From NCBI GenBank assembly GCA_964513645.1, contig CAZENF010000001.1, positions 7,303-71,302 on the forward strand: a stretch of 64,000 nt of DNA, written 5' to 3'. The DNA comes from an uncultured Candidatus Saccharibacteria bacterium (lineage in GTDB: Bacteria > Patescibacteriota > Minisyncoccia > 2-02-FULL-40-12 > GWA2-44-9). Position numbers and translations under genes: made by a program. Shown one piece after another: positions 1-8,525 of this stretch. The notes beneath the pieces are model-generated. The model worked only from the letters and a program-made list of their open reading frames with translations. It was not told where the DNA came from and searched no databases. The first letter of the stretch is position 1. The number at the start of each line of letters is the position of its first letter.

Positions 1-2
1 TT

Positions 3-701
3 GAAAAAGCGAAGAGTGAAATAAACGAAAAAATAAAAGAAGCGGGGGAGGCGGCCGTGTTCGAAACCGGTATCGGAGCGGTTGACCCGCGTCTTACTTA
101 TTTCCTCGGCCGCCTGGCTTTCAGAACCAGTTTTGGCCAGAATGTTCTGCTTCACTCAATCGAAATGTCCCATCTCGCCGGAATGATGGCGGCAGAGCTT
201 GGGGCCGATGTCAGCGTGGCCAGAAAAGGCGCACTTTTCCATGATATCGGTAAAGCAGTTGACCATGAGGTCCAAGGAACGCATGTCGAGATCGGACGCA
301 AAATTCTCCAGAAGTTCGGCATGGATGACAAGGTCATCAAAGCAATGGAAGCTCATCATGAGGAATATCCATACGCAACGGTTGAATCCCGAATCGTCCA
401 AGCAGCGGATGCGATTTCGGGTGCCCGACCGGGAGCCAGAAAAGATACTGTTGAGATATATCTAAAACGTCTTGAAGAACTCGAGAGGATATCCAATTCG
501 TTTGAAGGTGTGGAGAAATCTTATGCTGTTCAGGCGGGCAGGGAATTACGTATATTTGTCACTCCTACCGCAATTGATGACCTCGGCGCTCTCAAAATGG
601 CCAAGGATATTGCCAAAAAGATAGAAGATGAAATGAAATACCCCGGGGAGATCAAAGTTAATGTTATCCGCGAAACGAGGGCGGTCGAGTATGCCAGGTA
701 G
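3..701 (+). CDS. rny: Ribonuclease Y, C-terminal part with HD domain (5' end lies outside the window)
   Basis: Frame 3 is open from the window start (EKAKSEINEKIKEAGEAAV joins the listed ORF 57..701). HD-domain motifs: HSIEMSHLAG, LFHDIGKAVDHE, EAHHEEYP. Confidence 0.85.
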   Translation, partial: EKAKSEINEKIKEAGEAAVFETGIGAVDPRLTYFLGRLAFRTSFGQNVLLHSIEMSHLAGMMAAELGADVSVARKGALFHDIGKAVDHEVQGTHVEIGRKILQKFGMDDKVIKAMEAHHEEYPYATVESRIVQAADAISGARPGARKDTVEIYLKRLEELERISNSFEGVEKSYAVQAGRELRIFVTPTAIDDLGALKMAKDIAKKIEDEMKYPGEIKVNVIRETRAVEYAR

Positions 702-886
702 TAAAAGTTCTAATTATCTTTGAGCTTTTTAGTATAAGCTGATAATGATTTTAAGTTATTTTGTGAAAAAAACCGAGATATTTTGATGTTTATCAACAGG
801 GGTGTTGCAATTTCCGCATAAAACCTCGATAATTGAAGGGTTGGTTAAATTGTAAGGTCGATACAATTAAAATAAATATCTTAATG

Positions 887-979
887 ACGCAGCTGGTTTG
901 ACTGAATTCAAGGCAAAAGCCAGGACCGAACTGAGCCATAGTATAACTATGGTGAAGGAGGACCGGAGCTTTTAACGAA
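887..979 (+). repeat. Copy A of a 93-nt conserved intergenic element (candidate structured leader/ncRNA) upstream of hup
   Basis: Near-identical to 55517-55609. Shared ACGCAGCTGG, a variable palindromic insert, GGCAAA, AGGACCGNACTGAGCCATAGTATAACTATGGTGAAGGAGGACCGGA and TTTAACGAA. Confidence 0.55.
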
Positions 980-1046
980 GAAGTCAGTCAAAAGTTTACT
1001 GCTTAATTGCCGAAGGCAATAGCAGAGCGCCCAGCCAGTTATAATC

Positions 1047-1325
1047 ATGCCAGTAAAAAAAGGACAATTAGTCCAAATGTTAGCTGAAAGAATGAACGTT
1101 CCGAAGAAACAGTCTTTGGAATGGCTTGAGGCTTTTATTGATGAAATTACCAAAGCTCTTCGCAAAGGAGAGAAGGTAAATATCACCGGTTTCGGCATTT
1201 TCAAAATTGCCAACCGCAAAGCCCGCGAAGGCATCAACCCGAAGACCGGCGAAAAGATCCATATTGCCGCTTCGAAGAAGCCCAGATTCACTCCAGGCAA
1301 AGTTCTCAAAGAAGCTGTTAAGTAG
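1047..1325 (+). CDS. hup: HU family DNA-binding protein
   Basis: 92 aa. GFGIFKIANRKAREGINPKTGEKIHIAASKKPRFTPGKVLKEAV matches the HU/IHF arm signature. Confidence 0.9.
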   Translation: MPVKKGQLVQMLAERMNVPKKQSLEWLEAFIDEITKALRKGEKVNITGFGIFKIANRKAREGINPKTGEKIHIAASKKPRFTPGKVLKEAVK

Positions 1326-1334
1326 GATAATATT

Positions 1335-1354
1335 CCTGCCTGCCGGCAGGCAGG
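1335..1354. repeat. GC-rich perfect palindrome CCTGCCTGCCGGCAGGCAGG (second copy at 57925-57945)
   Basis: Read directly from the sequence. It sits 10 nt after the hup stop and before the terminator. Confidence 0.5.
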
Positions 1355-1395
1355 TTGGCTCTCTAACCTGTTGGAATATTATTAACACTATTGTA

Positions 1396-1428
1396 AAAAC
1401 CCCCGCTTTCGGGGGTTTTTACGTTTTT
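1396..1428 (+). terminator. Rho-independent terminator after hup
   Basis: AAAAACCCCCGCTTTCGGGGGTTTTTACGTTTTT: GC stem-loop followed by a T-run. Confidence 0.7.
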
Positions 1429-1489
1429 GACAGTGATTGTTGAATATTGTATAAAGACGGTAACAAAAGATCCTTAACAAGGATTTTAT

Positions 1490-2758
1490 ATGCAGGAATG
1501 GGCGATCTGTATGCCCGGTACTTTTTCAAGATTAGCACCTCATGTTGGGGCGCTTCATGCCTTACTTACGGCTTATCAGGAGGGCAAACTTCTAAAAGAA
1601 CCCGCATATATATGTACCAGTTCTGTGGCAGGAATTCCGGCTTCAATTGCTGTTCAACGTTCCGAAGAAAAGTTTTTAGAGATCGAGCATATTCTCTTAA
1701 ATTTAAGAAAAAAACATTTTGTCAGTCTCCATCCTGATCTCAAAAAAAGAGCGGCAATAGATTTTGTTTCCATGCTTGGCCTGATCATCAGCGCTCACGC
1801 CACCGGTAAGATCCAGGACCCTGTTAAAAGATATCTGGCCCTTCTTTCGATGGTGCCCGTAGCTCTTAAAATATCCGAAAAAGCCGTAAAAGATATATTT
1901 AACTGTAAATCATTTCTAACTTATGACAACGATCTTTTTCCGCTTCTGATGAGTTCTTTTGATTTTGACGCCATTTTTAATTCACCGATAAAAATAGAAA
2001 TGCCGTCCGTTAATCTGAATAAAGCCGGCTGGAGACTCGACCAGATACTTTCCAGTCCGCCATTATATCTTGACGGTTGGCACAACGAGGGCTGGGTCAG
2101 CGTTACCAATTTCAAGCCGGAAGACAAAGATCTCGAACCGGATATAAGAAACCGGAAATATGTCCGCAAACTTATCAACGGTCTCCGTGTCTACGGCCAT
2201 TTTGCTCCTGGCCGCCATGAAAACGATGATCCGATCGCCGATACGGCGGCTCTAAGCAATATGCCGATTCATTTTGCCATTAAACAAGGTTATACCAATA
2301 TTGTTGTTTTGCATTACAATTCAACAACTGAAGCCCCGATTAATAAACCATTACGAAATTGGGTTGAAACTCTTAACCGCGAAGTTGACCTGAATGTTTC
2401 CGAGAATAGCAGAAAAACGGAACTCGGTTATTTAAGGGTCAATAATGACCTCAAAGAGCTGGATAAACAGAACAGGGACCTTGAAAAACTCGAAGAAATG
2501 ATAAAGCGGCAAGGGGTTTTACTTGACGATTCTGTCCGTGAAACTGTCGAAAAATATATCAAAGCCACCAGAGATGCTCATTTACGGTTGTCCTATGCCC
2601 GCAAAAAGAAGATTAATCTTTATTTCGTCGATTCCGAACCGCTGCCGGATATACATTTCAGCAGTTTTAATACCGAACAATTACGAGAAGGTATCAATAA
2701 AGGCTGGCGAGCCGGTTGGAATGCCATTCCGCGTATCAACGAAATGATATCCGCTTAA
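1490..2758 (+). CDS. Divergent patatin-like (phospholipase-fold) domain protein with an unknown C-terminal half
   Basis: N-terminus aligns to patatin blocks. PGTFSRLAPHVGALHAL stands where GGGxRGxAHIGVL would be. CTSSVAGI stands where GTSAGA would be. LYLDGW stands where the DGG Asp block would be. A coiled-coil segment lies near residue 330. Confidence 0.45.
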   Translation: MQEWAICMPGTFSRLAPHVGALHALLTAYQEGKLLKEPAYICTSSVAGIPASIAVQRSEEKFLEIEHILLNLRKKHFVSLHPDLKKRAAIDFVSMLGLIISAHATGKIQDPVKRYLALLSMVPVALKISEKAVKDIFNCKSFLTYDNDLFPLLMSSFDFDAIFNSPIKIEMPSVNLNKAGWRLDQILSSPPLYLDGWHNEGWVSVTNFKPEDKDLEPDIRNRKYVRKLINGLRVYGHFAPGRHENDDPIADTAALSNMPIHFAIKQGYTNIVVLHYNSTTEAPINKPLRNWVETLNREVDLNVSENSRKTELGYLRVNNDLKELDKQNRDLEKLEEMIKRQGVLLDDSVRETVEKYIKATRDAHLRLSYARKKKINLYFVDSEPLPDIHFSSFNTEQLREGINKGWRAGWNAIPRINEMISA

Positions 2759-2761
2759 ATT

Positions 2762-2790
2762 AAAAAAGCCCATGTGGGCTTTTCTTATTT
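2762..2790. terminator. Bidirectional terminator between convergent genes
   Basis: AAAAAAGCCCATGTGGGCTTTTCTTATTT: hairpin with an A-run on one side and a T-run on the other. Confidence 0.6.
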
Positions 2791-2795
2791 GATAA

Positions 2796-3731
2796 TTATA
2801 TTTTACCGTCTCTTTTGAGTTTGGCGATGAACTTGTTTATATCTTCTGCGGAAATTGCATAAGTAAAATTAGAGGTTTTTGATATCGTTAATCCTATAAC
2901 TTTGCCGTTCCGGTTAAAAACCGGACCGCCGGAAAACCCCGGTTCGGGACTTGATCTGATGCGGTAGATTTTGGTCAATCCGCCGTCTCTGACCCCCGGA
3001 GTTTCGGTTATGATAGCTTTAATATTTCCATTGAGAACATAATTGATAAAATCCATTAACTTTATTTTTCCATCATTGTTCTTTATCTGAAAATCATTAT
3101 CCGAAGCTAAGATGGGAACTCTTCCGGCTACGTAAACTTTTTCATCCAATGACACCTTGTCTTCCAGTTCAAGAGGCTGTAAAAGAAGAGGTGTTTTTGA
3201 AGATTTGAACGCAGCCATATCCCGGATAGAATAAGGGTCCCCCATGCCGATAAGTTCTATCGGAAAATCAGATGCTTTTTTATTAAGTTCGTATGTGGCA
3301 AAAAAACCATAATCATAGTGCTCGCTTACAGGTAAACCCTTACTATCAAAAGAAAATCGTAAACCATTATGTTCCATCTCTGTCATCGGTATCAGGAAAA
3401 TGTGCCTGGCGCTTATGAATATTCCAGATTCTGTATAAAAACCCGTTCCGCCGCTTTTGTAAGTATCGGAGGTAAAAAATAATATTTGTCTTTTAAGCTT
3501 TATCTCTGAACTTATGGCAATAGTGCTTTTGAAGGCTTGTTTTACTTTTTCCGGCAACTGTTCGTCCGATTCGACGGTATTTTCAGAAAAAACATAATTT
3601 TGTCCGGAATTTATTGCAAGTTGCGGACCAAACAGATGGATGGACGGCACTATTCTGGTAAGAATGATTTCAATTCCTATCAAGATGAAGAAAAAACTGA
3701 ATAACAAGGCCAAGTATCTTCTCTTATCCAT
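2796..3731 (-). CDS. Membrane-anchored trypsin-like (S1/chymotrypsin-fold) serine protease
   Basis: GFSGGPVF sits where the GDSGGP catalytic-Ser motif would be. SARHIF is the His motif. A TM helix follows MDKRRYLALLFSFFFILIGIEIIL. I chose the internal Met at 3731 because the longer ORF to 3959 would run through tRNA-Gly. Confidence 0.7.
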   Translation of the reverse strand: MDKRRYLALLFSFFFILIGIEIILTRIVPSIHLFGPQLAINSGQNYVFSENTVESDEQLPEKVKQAFKSTIAISSEIKLKRQILFFTSDTYKSGGTGFYTESGIFISARHIFLIPMTEMEHNGLRFSFDSKGLPVSEHYDYGFFATYELNKKASDFPIELIGMGDPYSIRDMAAFKSSKTPLLLQPLELEDKVSLDEKVYVAGRVPILASDNDFQIKNNDGKIKLMDFINYVLNGNIKAIITETPGVRDGGLTKIYRIRSSPEPGFSGGPVFNRNGKVIGLTISKTSNFTYAISAEDINKFIAKLKRDGKI

Positions 3732-3885
3732 GACGCCTGTTTTTAAAAGGACCAGTAAGGAGATAATATAATAAAATTTGTGATCGAACAAAGGATATCC
3801 AGATATTGAGAAAACTGGGATTTTTGTTATAATTTTTTTACGGCTAATTGTTTTTAGCGGGCCTGCCCGCCGAAGCAAAGCGCAG

Positions 3886-3956
3886 GCGGGATTCGTATAT
3901 CGGTAATACATGAGTTTTCCAAACTCAAGAGACGGGTTCGACTCCCGTATCCCGCT
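3886..3956 (+). tRNA. tRNA-Gly (anticodon TCC)
   Basis: Hand-folded. Acceptor GCGGGAT/ATCCCGC, D-stem GTAT/ATAC, anticodon stem TGAGT/ACTCA with loop TTTCCAA, T-arm ACGGG-TTCGACT-CCCGT, discriminator T. No encoded CCA. Confidence 0.85.
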
Positions 3957-4011
3957 CAAAATTTGTAAGCAAATTTTGAGCGAGGCTCGTCTCGGTCAAA
4001 GATCGGACGGC

Positions 4012-4087
4012 CCGCTCGTAACAGGAAATTATTGGTCAGAATTCCCAAATAGCCAAGTTAACATCTCAATATCAAGAGGTCCGAACC
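4012..4087. repeat. 76-bp perfect direct repeat, copy 1
   Basis: CCGCTCGTAACAGGAAATTATTGGTCAGAATTCCCAAATAGCCAAGTTAACATCTCAATATCAAGAGGTCCGAACC, identical to 4672-4747. A degenerate GCGAGGCTCGTC match lies upstream of both copies. Confidence 0.9.
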
Positions 4088-4093
4088 CTAATC

Positions 4094-4121
4094 TTGACTT
4101 TATTTTTAGTATTGATATAAT
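4094..4121 (+). promoter_or_regulatory. Sigma70-like promoter (TTGACT-16-TATAAT) right after repeat copy 1
   Basis: Consensus -35 and -10 with 16-nt spacing, about 35 nt upstream of the lipoprotein start. Confidence 0.55.
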
Positions 4122-4155
4122 CTCATCAAATAGATTAGACTTAAGGAGCTGTCCT

Positions 4156-4521
4156 ATGAAATCAAGCTTGTTCTTTTTAGTTCTCCTCCTTGCCTCCAGT
4201 GGATGTTCACCATCGAACCAAAGGCAAGAGGTTGCCGAGTTAACCCCAGTTTCTATCAAGCTAATTAACAATGATCCTGATGTAAAAGGTGTCCAAGTTG
4301 GAGATGTCTATGTGCTTTCAGTAAGAGGTTGGGGGTTTGGTGCCCCTACTTGGCATATGGACGAAGCCTTGGAAAAGTTTGGTACTGCTAGTAAAGAATT
4401 ATCAGAACAGGGACTTAGTCTCCTTCCAGAATCCGTTAAAAAAGATTCATTTATGGGCAATACTGGCGGACATTATGTTTGGATAACAGCCTCGTTTATA
4501 AAATCTAATCTCAAATCTTAG
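4156..4521 (+). CDS. Small lipoprotein, unknown function
   Basis: AAGGAG ribosome-binding site 8 nt upstream. Signal peptide MKSSLFFLVLLLASSGC with lipobox. Terminator follows at 4519-4557. Confidence 0.55.
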   Translation: MKSSLFFLVLLLASSGCSPSNQRQEVAELTPVSIKLINNDPDVKGVQVGDVYVLSVRGWGFGAPTWHMDEALEKFGTASKELSEQGLSLLPESVKKDSFMGNTGGHYVWITASFIKSNLKS

Positions 4522-4557
4522 GAGCAATTAAATGCTCCTTTTTAATTTTTTTTAGCT
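4519..4557 (+). terminator. Rho-independent terminator
   Basis: GGAGCAATTAAATGCTCC hairpin followed by TTTTTAATTTTTTTT. Confidence 0.6.
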
Positions 4558-4671
4558 GTCTCAGTTGATAAATTTGGAATACAGAATAAATTATTTTCTT
4601 GTATAAAATAGGTTCCCGCCTTTAGCGAGGCTCGTCCGTCCTTGGCGAGACGGCTAACGTCATATACTAAT

Positions 4672-4747
4672 CCGCTCGTAACAGGAAATTATTGGTCAGA
4701 ATTCCCAAATAGCCAAGTTAACATCTCAATATCAAGAGGTCCGAACC
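4672..4747. repeat. 76-bp perfect direct repeat, copy 2
   Basis: Identical to 4012-4087. Followed by TTGACA (4755-4760) and ORF 4812. Confidence 0.9.
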
Positions 4748-4811
4748 TGAAGTATTGACAAAATAGATTATTTGATATAGATTATACTCGCTGTTTAAAA
4801 GGAGACTATCA

Positions 4812-5096
4812 ATGAAAGTCCTTGATCTAGGCGATGTCTTCCTTGGAAAATCAGGCGAATGTGTGGTTGAGAAAGTTGAACACCATCCAAGTACACCATA
4901 TCAAGGTCAGGGTGACTCCGGGTGTGACTCAGACTCTTTGCCTTATTGGAATGTGAAAGCAAGGGTTCTAAATCCAGACGGAAGTTATAATAAAGACGGT
5001 ATTTTAGAAGAGTTGCAACTTGTAAGTTACGAGTATAGCGATACCCCATCTGAACAACCGGCTGTACTTCGAACAATGTCGTTAAGGTTTATCTAA
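4812..5096 (+). CDS. Hypothetical small protein
   Basis: GGAG ribosome-binding site upstream. No signal peptide. Terminator hairpin GAGGGTTCAATAGAACCCTC with T-run at about 5138-5165. Confidence 0.4.
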   Translation: MKVLDLGDVFLGKSGECVVEKVEHHPSTPYQGQGDSGCDSDSLPYWNVKARVLNPDGSYNKDGILEELQLVSYEYSDTPSEQPAVLRTMSLRFI

Positions 5097-5329
5097 TTAC
5101 ACGGTTACCATTAGATTTACCGCCTGCTAATCTTCCGAGGGTTCAATAGAACCCTCTTTATATTAATTAAATATTGGTACATAGGTTCGAACCTAAATAA
5201 GCGAAGATCGATTTTTTAAGTTCTAAGCCGTCCTCTTAATTGATTTTATAACATTCGGATGTTAAATCTTGACTGTATTATGGATTTTGATATAATATTC
5301 CACACAGCACCTTGCTGTCAGGGAGTAAT

Positions 5330-5575
5330 ATGACCAAAGTCGAGGTAGTTACGATATTTGGGAACGGAGAATCAGAAGATGTCTATCAAAGAAATTCATT
5401 TGGTTTACCTTCGCATCATCTCACAGATTCACTACAGAAAGAAATCAATCAACGCGAAGTGGAATTTGGCGCGATGACAAGTCTGCTAATTCTTCCGGAA
5501 CTTGACCACAAAAAGAAAGGATATGTTAGGAATATAACTTGTATCGCAACTTTTGGAGATGCTCCAAGCCGCTAA
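5330..5575 (+). CDS. Hypothetical small protein (start moved to the second Met)
   Basis: TTGACT-16-TATAAT promoter at about 5269-5296. GGGAG precedes the ATG at 5330. Terminator hairpin CCGCTA..TAGCGG with a T-run follows. Confidence 0.35.
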   Translation: MTKVEVVTIFGNGESEDVYQRNSFGLPSHHLTDSLQKEINQREVEFGAMTSLLILPELDHKKKGYVRNITCIATFGDAPSR

Positions 5576-5643
5576 ATCATATAGCGGTTTTTATTTTTTT
5601 TAAAAACGCTTAGTTTTTTGCTTAAATTAATCAGATTAAATTA

Positions 5644-5668
5644 AAAAACCGGCTATTGCCGGTTTTTA
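5644..5668. terminator. Bidirectional terminator overlapping the PBP gene stop
   Basis: AAAAACCGGCTATTGCCGGTTTTTA. Confidence 0.6.
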
Positions 5669-7905
5669 TAATGTTCAACCAATGTTTCAGTATAGATTCC
5701 TACTTTTTCAGAAAATTCTGACTTCGGCCGGACCTCGGAATATATCCGGTCGAACATTTTACGGGCCAATGGACCCGCGACCCAGCCGCCGGAAACCTGC
5801 ATATCGCTGCGGCCACTAACTTTTTTCATGTATTCAGGAAGTTCGATAACTCGATAGTCGTCATGACCGAAACGAAGAGCGATGATTATATCCGGGGTTC
5901 CGCACCAGATAGACACGTCCCGTGGTCCGTCGGAAGTGCCGGTTTTACAGGCGACAGGTTGTTCAATGTTGCGCATTGATATCTTGGCAGTACCGATCTT
6001 GGCCACACCCCGCATCATTGCGAGTATTTTGGCGGAAGTTTCTTCGGAGATGACCCGTTTTTTCCCGGGGGTCCGGGCTTCAAAAATTTCATGATTATCA
6101 GCATCGCGGATCTCATTTATCAGGGTGGGTCTCATATAAATTCCGTTCCTGAAAAAAACCGCATAAGCATTCGCCAGTTCGAGCATATTCACATCGGAAG
6201 CGCCAATGGCGGTCGGCAGGAGCGGAACCAGTCCGCCTGATATTTGATAACCCGGACGGCGGAGCCAGAACTCACCGCCTGAATCTCGGACGATGCCTGG
6301 GTTGCCCCAGACGCCGAAATTTTGAGCCAATTTAATGACCGGTTTTATCTCGCCGGGCAGAGAACGAGCTAAGTTAAGGGTTGCCAAGTTGACCGAACGG
6401 ATAAGCATGTAGGCGAGGTCTTGATAGCCGAAAGCGACAGGGTTATCTTCTTTGAAATTCTTAGGCGTCCAGCGTTTGCCGGGGGCCGAGCCCTTCATTG
6501 AGAAGGGACAGTTGCAGATCTTGCTGAAAAAATCATAATCAAAATATTCTATCGCCGCGGCGTAAGTGAAAGGTTTAAATCCTGACCCTGGTGAGCGGGA
6601 GGCCATGACCCGGTTATACTGGGTCAGGTTAAAATCACTTCCACCTGACAAAGCCAGAATATTTCCGGTCGGAACGTCAATGGCGATAAAGGCGCCTTCA
6701 AGTCTGTTTTCGGAGCTTATACCCTGATTCAGAAGAGTCAATTGCTTATCAAACTCTTCGGACATTATTTTTTGTATTCTCGAATCAATGGTTGTCTTAA
6801 TTGCCAATCCGCCGTGATATGAGAGCTCATTCTCCGTGTGTCCTTCTGAAAGAAGGATCTCTTTAACCATTCGGTTGGAATAACCGTAGTCGCGGTTGTT
6901 AAGAGGATGAAGTTCGGCTAATTTAAGGTCTTCCGGCTCATCTCTGTTCAGATAAGACGACTCAAAATCTTCTTTTTTGAAGTAAGATTCGTCAAATTGT
7001 TGTTGGTTGATATAACCGTCATCGAGCATATGTTCAAGTACCCAGTTATATCTGTCCCAAGCTTTGCCCACTCTGATCTTTTCTTTGGTCAGCTTGGCTT
7101 TGTATTCCGGGTCGGAAAGATCCGGTTTGTGGAATATCGGACAATAAAGTAAAGGCGATTTATTCATACTCACCAGCATGACCGTTTCTTTCAGGGTCAG
7201 TTGGTCTTTACGAAGATCTTTATCCCAGTAACGCTGACTTGCTTCATTGATGCCGAAAACACCGTGGCCAAGATAAATAGAATTCAAAAGACCTTCAACT
7301 ATCGCATCTTTTGAAAATCTGCGGTTAAGTTGAATGGCTATTTTAGCTTCTTTAATTTTGCGCCAAACGGTATGTTCACGGTTTTTGAAAGCGTCCACCT
7401 CGTCGGCATAAAGGATCCGGGCGAGCTGGGCACGGATGCCGCTTGCACCCGAAAGATTATGAGCTCTGACTAAGATACCGAAACCGGCTCTTAAAATTGC
7501 GCAAGAATCAAGCCCGTCAATATACAACGGATCGCATACCAGGTCTGTGGCTGAATGATTGCGGCGTTTCTCGTTGAATCTTCTGTCTTCAGCGGCGATA
7601 AATCCGTCCTTTAATACTTTGGGCATTTCAGCGCTTTTTAGCGGTGAGCGGACCTGATTAAAAAACCGGCCGATAATTTTTCCGTCCGCGGTTGAGACCG
7701 AGGAGGAAATTTCAAAACTTGATTTTTCAAGTTTTTGAAGGTCGATCTTTTTACCCCGATCATCCTTTAAATCTCCGGTATATCGGAAAACATAGTAATA
7801 TGAACCCAGGCACAAAACGAGAAGTATCAGAGCCAATCCTTTCAGCGAATTCTTTATAAAACTTACTGTGAATCGGAGTATCTTGCCGATAAGGGGATAG
7901 GGCAT
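5653..7905 (-). CDS. Class A penicillin-binding protein (bifunctional transglycosylase/transpeptidase)
   Basis: N-terminal TM helix. Glycosyltransferase motifs AAEDRRF and RAQLARIL. Transpeptidase motifs SGFKPF (SxxK) and KTGTS. Confidence 0.9.
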   Translation of the reverse strand: MPYPLIGKILRFTVSFIKNSLKGLALILLVLCLGSYYYVFRYTGDLKDDRGKKIDLQKLEKSSFEISSSVSTADGKIIGRFFNQVRSPLKSAEMPKVLKDGFIAAEDRRFNEKRRNHSATDLVCDPLYIDGLDSCAILRAGFGILVRAHNLSGASGIRAQLARILYADEVDAFKNREHTVWRKIKEAKIAIQLNRRFSKDAIVEGLLNSIYLGHGVFGINEASQRYWDKDLRKDQLTLKETVMLVSMNKSPLLYCPIFHKPDLSDPEYKAKLTKEKIRVGKAWDRYNWVLEHMLDDGYINQQQFDESYFKKEDFESSYLNRDEPEDLKLAELHPLNNRDYGYSNRMVKEILLSEGHTENELSYHGGLAIKTTIDSRIQKIMSEEFDKQLTLLNQGISSENRLEGAFIAIDVPTGNILALSGGSDFNLTQYNRVMASRSPGSGFKPFTYAAAIEYFDYDFFSKICNCPFSMKGSAPGKRWTPKNFKEDNPVAFGYQDLAYMLIRSVNLATLNLARSLPGEIKPVIKLAQNFGVWGNPGIVRDSGGEFWLRRPGYQISGGLVPLLPTAIGASDVNMLELANAYAVFFRNGIYMRPTLINEIRDADNHEIFEARTPGKKRVISEETSAKILAMMRGVAKIGTAKISMRNIEQPVACKTGTSDGPRDVSIWCGTPDIIIALRFGHDDYRVIELPEYMKKVSGRSDMQVSGGWVAGPLARKMFDRIYSEVRPKSEFSEKVGIYTETLVEHYKNRQ

Positions 7906-7967
7906 TAAAACATTCTTTTTTCAAGGTTCAATGCGCGTTAGAATACAATAAACTTATGGTTTTTACA

Positions 7968-7992
7968 AATAAAAAACCGCCTTCCGGCGGAT
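7968..7992 (-). terminator. Terminator for the 7992..8387 gene
   Basis: AAAAAACCGCCTTCCGGCGG read on the minus strand: hairpin then T-run. Confidence 0.55.
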
Positions 7993-8387
7993 TATTTCAG
8001 TAACGAAAGCTCAACAGAAACCATATCATTGAGCATGTTGGTTAAGAGTCTTTTTCGGTTTGAATCGAGAAATCTTTGAAGGTCGTTCAGATATACTCTC
8101 TGGCAATCATAGCGGTCGTCATAGGAACCGACCTGGTCTAAGAATTTATGGTCGGTAAGTTTTGCGTACTTTTCAAGAAGCTTCTCGAGAAGAGGGTTAT
8201 TGATGTGATAGCCGCCCATTGCGGAACTTACGCTCCAGGAACCGTCGCTGTGGAGCAGCAAAGCGGAAGAACCGCCTTGATAATTTGTCTTTGCTATTGC
8301 CAACTCGGTACACCCGGCTTTTTTCATTTTAGCCAAAAGGGTACGTTCTGTTTCATTGAATCTCTCACTTAGAGTTTCGTAATCCAT
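7992..8387 (-). CDS. Hypothetical protein
   Basis: 131-aa ORF with its own terminator. No recognisable motifs. Confidence 0.4.
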   Translation of the reverse strand: MDYETLSERFNETERTLLAKMKKAGCTELAIAKTNYQGGSSALLLHSDGSWSVSSAMGGYHINNPLLEKLLEKYAKLTDHKFLDQVGSYDDRYDCQRVYLNDLQRFLDSNRKRLLTNMLNDMVSVELSLLK

Positions 8388-8525
8388 TCGCCATCGTCCT
8401 TTGAAAACGAACCTTTATGAATTTATCATCTATTTTCACAAAGTCAAGTTAAAAAATCGGATTCTTTACTTTGGGCGGTTTTTGGAGTAAAATTAGGTAG
8501 ATTTGCAAGGGTCCATCGATGAGAC

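Noticed and set aside
1080-1443. ORFs overlapping hup (1080..1388 minus, 1207..1443 plus)
   Set aside because: They overlap a clear HU gene and its terminator. Products are low-complexity.
3910-4521. 203-aa ORF from the track spanning tRNA-Gly and repeat copy 1
   Set aside because: It runs through a well-formed tRNA. The real gene is the lipoprotein starting at 4156, which has an AAGGAG ribosome-binding site and a promoter.
4012-4747. Integron-like attC sites for the 76-bp repeats
   Set aside because: The repeats precede the ORFs rather than follow them. The ORFs carry their own promoters. The repeat is not an imperfect palindrome.
5170-5200. tRNA-like GGTTCGAACC T-loop motif
   Set aside because: No acceptor or anticodon stems can be formed around it.
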